This document shows, piece after piece, positions 22,201-31,200 of a stretch of DNA of 32,000 bases. How positions within the stretch are numbered: position 1 is the stretch's first letter; every line of letters starts with the position of its first letter. The position numbers were made by a program, and so were the translations under genes. The notes beneath the pieces were generated by a model. The model ran no database searches and was not told the origin of the DNA. It saw only the letters and a program-made list of their open reading frames with translations. The stretch is from Candidatus Thorarchaeota archaeon (GTDB lineage Archaea > Asgardarchaeota > Heimdallarchaeia > Hodarchaeales > Hodarchaeaceae), in NCBI GenBank assembly GCA_048882505.1, contig JBHLRO010000010.1, positions 94,047 to 126,046 on the forward strand, given 5' to 3'.

Positions 22201-25200
22201 CTCACCTCCTATCTTTACTGGTGTTGTTGAAAACTCCGAAAACATTCATTACAATGGAACTCATCTCTTCTACTCCAACGATCAATTGATGGACGATCTC
22301 TTCACTATTCAGTTTACCACGAGTGATGGACTGGGTGCAGGTTTACAAAATGCAACGGGAACACCGGAATTTGGCGGTGAAATTCCATTTGATGCTATTT
22401 ACTCAGCCATGTATGAGCTCTCGTATGCAATCAGCGGAGGCGAAACCGCAGGTGGAAATAATATAAACATCAGTGTTTACGATTTTGTGGGAAACTACAT
22501 CAATGCCACCTTCAAGGTTATCCTTGATAATGTGGCCCCATCGATTCCTATTATTACAGGAGTTTTAGAATCTTCAGAATTCATATACTTCGATGGTTCT
22601 ACGATCCTTTATTATTCCAATGACCAATCCATGAGCGATAGCTTCACCATCCAATTTACTACTGACGATGCACTGGCAGATTTGCAGAATGCTACGGGCA
22701 GTTCCGATTTTGGTGAAGTTAATCGAGTTGACACCACCTATTCTGCTGTTTATGAATTAAATTATACAATTGACCAATCAGAAACCGCTGGTGGTGATAA
22801 CCAAATTGTAATTACGGTTTATGACATGGTCGGGAATTCCATAACAACTGTTATGAGTTGTGTCTTGGATAATGATGCTCCTATTGTTCCCACGATCACA
22901 GGAGTTATAGAAAATTCAGAATACATGGCTTACATTGCACCCGTACTTTATTACTCAAATGATCAACCGATGGGTCATAATTTCACAGTTCAACTTACGA
23001 CAAGTGATGGAATCGTCGGACTACAAAATGCCACGGGAAGTGCAGATTTTGGCGGGGAAACTCCCAGCGACTTCTTTTATGTGGGTATGTATGAAATTAC
23101 ATATAATATAAGCCAAGACGAGACTGCTGGAGCTGGTAGTGAGGTTAATATTACTGTGTACGACTTGGTTGGAAATTTCATTACCGTTACAATGATTTGT
23201 ACGCTTGATAACATCGCGCCAACAACTCCAACCATATCGAGTATAATTGAATCCTCCGATTTTCTCTATTATGATGGCGCCATTCTTTATTATGCTAATA
23301 CTGCACCACTGATGAGTGAAAGTTTTACCATCCAGATGACAACAAGTGATTCAATTTCTGGTCTCCAAAATGCAACGGGGGAAACAGAATTTGGGGATAC
23401 TCCAAGCGATGCAATATATTCTGCTGGATATGAGCTTGTTTATACCGTAGATAACGGAGAATCTGTTCCTGACAATCAAATCACAATCATTGTGTATGAT
23501 AACGTTGGAAATAACATATCGATTAGTTTAGATACAATTCTTGACAATACTGCCCCAACGGGCCTTTCCATTAATGCTATTGATGAAAACAGTGATTTTA
23601 TCTATTATAATGGAATTGATGAGCTCTTCTTTTCTAACGACCAATCCATGAATGATCCGTTTACTATCAGGCTATCCGCACTGGAATTTCGGAGTGGAAT
23701 TCAAAATGTCACGGGCAGTTTCGATTTCGGCGAATCCCGAAGTAGCTTTTCAAATGCCTCGGGGACATTCGATTTGACCTACTCCATCGCCAGCGGAGAA
23801 ACAACAACGGCATCTGATGGAACCTTAACTCTCACAGTATATGATAATGTGGGTAATAAGGCCAGTCTAACCCTTACAGTGACATTGGATAATACTGCAC
23901 CATCGCCGCCTTCGATCACGGGCGTTTCCGAATCTTCCGAGTATTTACATTATAATTCTCCCATTCTTTTTTATTCCAACAATCAACCAATGAGTGCTAG
24001 TTTCACCATTCATTTTACGACAAACGATGTCGGTGCGGGCCGCTTAAATGCGACAGGAGAAACCGATTTTGGAGGAGATACTCCGAATGATACAATATAC
24101 GCTTCTGGGTACGACTTGATCTATACGGTGAGCCAAGCCGAAAGTGCCAGCGGAGGAGCGGTTGGCATTACAGTCTTTGACAATGTGGGAAACAGTGTCA
24201 CCGTAAGTCTAACCTGTACCTTAGATAATGCCGCCCCGACTCTGCCTATAATCACGAATATTGTGGAATCCTCCGAATATATCCATTATAATGCTCCCGT
24301 TCTATACTATTCCTCAGATCAGCCTATGAGCGATCAGTTCACGATCCAATTTACCACCAGCGATGCCATAGCAGGCCTTCAAAACGCGACAGGGGAACTG
24401 GAATTCGGAGAAACCAACGTGGTAGATACGACTTATTCAGGAGGATATGAGCTTAATTACACGATAGATAACGGAGATACTGCTACTGGTGATCAAATTA
24501 CAATCACTGTATTTGATCTGGTGGGGAACAGCGTTAGTTTGATATTAAGCGCTATACTCGACAACACAAATCCGACATCCCCGTCGATTGTTGATGTTTT
24601 GGAAACATCTGAGTACTTGTATTACGATGGGGCTACTTTTTATTACTCCAATGACGATGGATTAAGTGATTCATTTACAATTATTATTTCAACGGGTGAT
24701 TCTGGCTCAGGCCTTAAGAATGCGACAGGAGAAACGGAATTTGGCAATACACCCAGTGACACAGTATATTCTGCTGGATTTGAACTTACTTATACGGTGG
24801 ATAACGGAGAATCTGTTACTGGTGGTCAAATTACGATAACTATTTATGACATGGTCGGGAATACCGTAAGCGTTAATCTGGCTGCGACTGAGGACAATTT
24901 GGCCCCCAACATCTCCCTCTTAAACACTGCGTTACGGGAATCATCCGATTTCACTTATTACCCACTAAATGGCACGCAGGTCCTCTATTATAGTAATAAG
25001 ATGTTATCTGACGTTACAGTCTATATTAATGTGACGACCTTCGATGGATCATCAGGTCTTCAGGTAATGGAATTCCCATCACTATTCAATGTCGGCAGTA
25101 CGTTTAATACGACAGTATACAACCAATCCTATGTTGTCTCTACCACCAGCGGGGATAATGGGACATTTACTTTCAGGAGCTTCGATAATGTTGGAAATAT

Positions 25201-28200
25201 CGCTATGACAACACTAGACATTGTGCAGGATAATCAGGCCCCTGATCAATCGGTCATTAGTGCGATTACCGAAAGTTCGCAATACCTGCACACGTCGGGA
25301 GTCGCGAAGCTATGGTATTCAGATCTGATGGGTGGGGTACCGGTTTCAGTAGGTATAGATGTTAACGGAATCGATCAAGGAGGATCTCTCGCAGCGGGAC
25401 TGGCGGTGATCACTTTCCCAACCATAGGCGATGAGTCTCCAGGAAATATCACTTCTGGTGCCTCTACGTATTCTGTGACCTATAATCTCAGTTCCACTGA
25501 CAGTACCACAGGTGATTTGTTCTTCACGGTATATGATCGGGTGGGAAATACGTATCAGATCCCTCTCGAAGTGATTAATGATATTACAGTACCAACGATC
25601 AGTTTTACCGATGTCACGAATCCAATATATGATCCCGATGCTAATGAATTGGATAGCACAGGAAATTGGTATGATCAAGGTGTTCTATCCAGTGGATTCT
25701 CTGTAAGTTCCACACCTACGGATCCATTAAGTGGTTCCCGCCAAGGAAGTGGGGTATTTACCGTTTTTATTGATTGGGATAGCACCAATGATGTGGATGA
25801 TCAATTGAGTATTAATGCGGGTGCAGATGGCGATGATGTTATAACAGGCTTGACTGATGATGGGGACGGCAACATTGTAATAACCCTTACCGCCTATGAT
25901 AATGTTGCCAATTCTGCACAAACCAGCATTACGATCCGATTTGACAATACGAAGCCGTCTGCGACCGATTCGACGCTGTTAGACCAGAATGGGCCTATCA
26001 TTTCATTGTCGGGTCAATCCTCAGATGCTAGCTCTGGGGTTCAGAAGATCACAATTTTGGATTACAACGGCTCACACTTCCCCACAATAGTCTCTAGTGG
26101 ATTTTCCAGCTGGTCTCTCGACAATACATCAGCCTTAGATGGAACTATTCCAGCGGGTCAAAATATCGTAGTAAATGTGACAGTTTTTGACAACGTCAAC
26201 AATAAGGATACCTATAATGTCACTATCACGTTCCATAGCCTGAAATTTCTTGTTTTCTCCCATAACATTCCGAAACGGGTAGAGATCGATGATCCCAATC
26301 CCCTGGATTGGAATATTACCATCGATTTCGAATATGATGGCACTTTAGCTGGCAGTGGCACCACAGTGATCGATCGGTTCATCGATCTTACCCAGTTTGA
26401 AGCGTGGATAAACGATACCTCCTTGGCTATTAAGCCAGGGTCCTTGGCGTGGCTTCCTGGCCCTCGACTTCAGTTTACTGTCATTCTTCCCAATAGTTCG
26501 AGCACTCCAGAGGTGTTAGAACACCTGACCATCGGTGAGACATACCTTAAAAACCTCCGTGTGGAATGGAATATTACTACTCCCTCCATTGATGTCAGAA
26601 TCGGTCATAATGTATCAAACGTTGTGTCCTACCATGATTTGGAGATCTGGTACATCGGTGACGACCTAGATATTACAGAGACGGATAATCCCGATATCAT
26701 GAATCTGGTACTACAATTCCGTAAGGATTATCAACCTCTGGATCCATTTTCAGGAGATCTAACATTCTTTGTCAATGGAGGCTCCGCCACTTTAGAAGGT
26801 GGAATTTCTCCTGTTGGTACTGGAACAGGCAATTGGAGTGTTCCGATTCGCCTTCCATCTGGTTTGACTCCAGGCTTGCATAGCATATCCTTTAGCTGGC
26901 GGTACAACCTTGGCGAATATTACTACGTCATAGACTCTAATACCAGCATTGATGTAGTTAATTACCATGACATAGACATTACGGTGGCTCTCCCCGCCCT
27001 GGATTCGTTAAGGATATTTGAAATCGATTCAGATTTCTCATCTTTGGTCTATTTCAACATTACTGAAGATAACGGTAATGGAAGTGGACCTCTGCCAGTT
27101 ACAGGACGAGGTATCAGTGATCTTCTTGATTTTCGAATTCGGGGGCTAAGTCTCCTTTCTCACACTTCGAGTTTCCTGTCTGGGAGTGGGAATAGCGATT
27201 ATTCTTTCAACTTTACTCTCTTTGATGCTAATACTACCGCGTCTTGGATTGGAAACAACATTCTTACTTTCCGTATAAATACGAGTACAGGGTTATCAGA
27301 TTGGGGATCCATTATCCTCATCGGACATGATTTGGACGTAGTGATAAATAGTATCCTTACGATAGGTGGACTTGACATATTTGATCCTGATGAGCGTACA
27401 GAATTTGATATGATCATTCAGGTTCGAGAAGACCAAGGAAGTGGGCCTCAGGCGATCTTGGGCCTAGATATCGGTAATTTTGTGAGACTTTACATGGAGA
27501 ATGTGGGAGATCCCACCAAGAATGCCACTATTGGCTTCGTTGATAGTTGGAACCCGACTGTAAACGCCGGTGAATATACCGTTCGTTTCACATTAGAGGC
27601 CCTTGCCGCCAGCCAGCTTAGCCTCGGTCCAATTAGAGTAACATTCGAACTAAACGACTTTGAAGGTCATCGCGCGTTTGATTCCAATACCGATTTAGAT
27701 AGTAGAGATTTTGTTAACCTTTTGGGTTTGGAATGGATTAGTACACCCTTTGGTTTCTTTACATTCGATCCAGCTAATACTACTTCGGATATTACGTTCC
27801 GTTTGTCGTTGAATCAGGTTTTACAGGTCAACTTCCGCATTTACGCTCTAGATACTGGGCTTACTCTTACCGATCCTATTAATGTATACTGGGAAACCCC
27901 GTGGAATACCTCCCAGCCCAATCCTCCACCAATCTTGAGATCTGGGAACGTTACTCTTAATCTGACCTCTAGTCAGCCGTATCGTCAGGCTTTCATTGCC
28001 TATGCAGAGGGTAATCGGGAGAAACAATTACAATTCCAGCCGTGGCGTTTCTACGTTGAGTGGGATAGAATGATTGCATCGAATGTGACCATTGATGATT
28101 ACTCTACCTCGGCGGATAACAACAGCGTCCTTAATGCTGGCGGCAATTATACTTTAATTTATACTGCACTCTTTGATCAGTCCGGTAAAACTGCTGGCAG

Positions 28201-31200
28201 CAGTCAACTACAGCTCAACTTAACTGTTTTTGAATTCATTGGGGGTGGTTGGAGTCCAGTTGACGGTAGTCTCACTGAACATTTGGCCAACGGAACTGAT
28301 ATAATTTACCCAGTGGTTGGGGGAATGGTGACCATAGATCATTTAGATGGAATTGGTTCACGAATCTTCTCCATCGATAATGGGTCTCAGATCATTGGAA
28401 TAATGACAGTCTATGACACTCAGAATGTTTTTCCTTTTGGAGATGGACAGCTCCAAATTGACCTCCAATTCTTTGATTTAGCCAAAGTGGATTTAACGGT
28501 TCGTCCTATAACTGAAATTGAATCGGGGGTGACTTATCGCTTTTATTCCTCTTACCCTCCATACGCTGGTCCTGTGTACTCTTTGGTTAATGATACATCT
28601 GGTGCCATTTTCCAGGAAACTTTGATTTGGACGAAATTTTTAGTAACTCTGACCCCAGAAGATGGACGAATTCCAAAACTCACCACGGGTACAATCTACG
28701 TGGATGTTGCATACGCTCACGACAGCACCTGGGTACTCGATAACCAAGTTAGGGTGTTTCTCCTCGATAATACACTTGATCAAAATCGTTCTGAAGCCAA
28801 TTGGATAAGCAACAGGGCAACGTTCACAGGCCTACTTTCCCAAGGAATTGTCGAATTAGTTAAATATAATATCTCCGCTTTTGTGGACTCCCGATATGGG
28901 ATTTTCGTCTTTGAGGATGCAATATCGGGATCTTCTGATGCATACACGGAAATAATCTGGGACCAAGTTATTTTTGAGTTTACCCTTGCAGAGCCATGGG
29001 GCGCAGATTTACGGTTCAACGTTAATTCCAGCGCCATTATTCAGGTAAAGGCATATTATGACTTTGATAAAACACCATTTAACGGAACTATCCTCACAAG
29101 GCATCGTAATATCTATACCCCCATGTTGACGGAATTTACCCAGGTTCGGAACTGGAATGATAGTGTAGCGATTAAACTAAAGCCTGATGAACCAGAACAA
29201 AGCGGCCCGGGAACGACTCTCTTTTTGTTAATCAATGTAACCGATGACTACAGCTGGGGTCTCAATGGCACTCGCCCTGGCTTAGGTTATCGAGTGATCT
29301 ACGGAACTGGGAGTAAGTTCATGATTTTAAGATGGGATCGCATTATTATGGAATTTGAGCATGCCCCCTCCTATAACCCAGGTGATTCCTTGAATATGAC
29401 CCTGAAAGCTTATTATGAGAGCACCTTGACACTTATAAATACTTCTAACTTTGTTTATACAGTTTATAAGGACGGGCAGCTGTACCCACCTGAGAACAGA
29501 TCCGTTCTCTCCTTTAATGACCATGAAATGTACCCACGAAGTCATACCTACATGATCGCCTTCGCGTATGATTTCCTGACAAATTTGACGGGTTCTTATG
29601 ATTCACTTACGAAAAACCCATTTCCTTCTGATGTTGTTCCATGGATTGATACCCAAAATCCCCGTTTGGTGGAACAGAAACTTATCGATTTTGGCAACGG
29701 GACGCTCGGGTTTCTTGTAGTTGCTACTGACGATCTCCCAGAAGTCTATTTCGGGAGTGGAATAGAGAATGTGACGGTTCAACTGACAATCGGGACATCG
29801 TTACCATCCCGCACCAGGTGGTTATTAAGGCGATATGCAAACATGAGCTCAGGTGTAATATTCTTTGGCAATGTTACAACGGGAAGTTCTACTGAAGACT
29901 TTAGATGGAATAATACAATCACCTACAGGCTAGTCATAACGGATAAAAATGGAAATCCCCGATCCTGGGATTTCCGTGTGAATCTTCTTGCAGATAGCGG
30001 TCCCCCTGAAATTTCGAAGGTAACGGTTTCGTATTCAAATGATACCGATGGCAATCTCACGCTTGAAGCTTTTAGTTACGATGAATGGGCGGGGCTATTG
30101 AATGCCTCCATAAGTTTCCGTACCTTGGGAGATTCAAACTGGTCGACTCCAGTATTAATGGATCTTACTCTACTTGATAAGGATAACAATGGGACGTTTT
30201 CAATCCCTAAAATGTTTGCAGTTGGCGCAAGCAAGGAATATAAAATTGTCATTTTCGATCGTGCTGGGAATTCTGCTGCCTTTGAAGGATTGATTCAAGT
30301 TCTGGACAGAGCTGGCCCGCAAGTATTGCAACCAATAACGCGAGAAACTTTCACGTTTGAACAGAATAAGTTCGGTGAATTCTTCATCCAGATTCAGGTG
30401 GTTGATAACGGTTCAGACATTGCGAATGCTATCCTGCTTTACGAGATCGCAGGAACTATTGGTAGCATTGAATTGACCGAGATATCTGGTAGTATCGCAG
30501 GTGAGGGCTCCTCGATTTTGGCCGCTGCTTACAGGGATCAACGAACGTTTTCCCGAAGGTTCACCATTCAGCCTGATCTAATTAATACCCAGTCCCCAAG
30601 GTTTTCCTTACTTCTGACTGATTCGGAAGGAAATCAACGTACAATTACCAATTCACAAATTATGGCATGGTGGGAGAGCATTTACCCACAGGATACCCGT
30701 CCAATTGATAGTATTGTACCAAGCGTCTTTCAGTTAATTGAAGAACCACTTGTATTGATTATCATGGCTGTATTCATACTAGGTTTCGCCTTCGTTGCTG
30801 TTCAGCGTTTCCGTACGATCAGTGGATTTGATAAGAAGAAGGTTTTACAGGACATTACTAAAGTTTCTGATACGGAGGTGTGGGAAGAAAATGACAAGAT
30901 CTCAATTGGTTTAACAGCCAGCTTCTTTGATCAGGTGAAAGGGCCTCAACCAATCATTGTATATCCGGATCGATTATGGTCATCGGAGATGATGATTGTA
31001 TCGTTAGCTGATCGTTCTTTTTCAACGCTCGGATTTGTACCAAATCCTAATGATGACAAACACGCGACCTTCCGCTATCACATCAGTGGTGAGAAATGTA
31101 CCGTCTTTGGATATGCTTTTGCGATCGAAAATCCGGAAGCGCGTGGTGGACAGGAGAATCTGGCAATCTGCTTCGTAATTCGTCCTCCTTGGGGTACACT

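Noticed and set aside
7835-24907. Periodic ~339-nt repeats as a CRISPR or non-coding array
   Set aside because: They are in-frame protein domain repeats with synonymous divergence. There is no constant repeat/unique spacer structure and no cas genes.
16064-24907. Repeat arrays as an artefact of assembly expansion
   Set aside because: The units are all distinct, and the longest near-identical patch I found is 91 nt, so reads should resolve them. Long reads would still be the definitive test.
30720-30830. PGF-CTERM, LPXTG or RTX/type I secretion signal at the C-terminus
   Set aside because: No such motif is present, and the TM helix is followed by a long folded tail rather than ending the protein.
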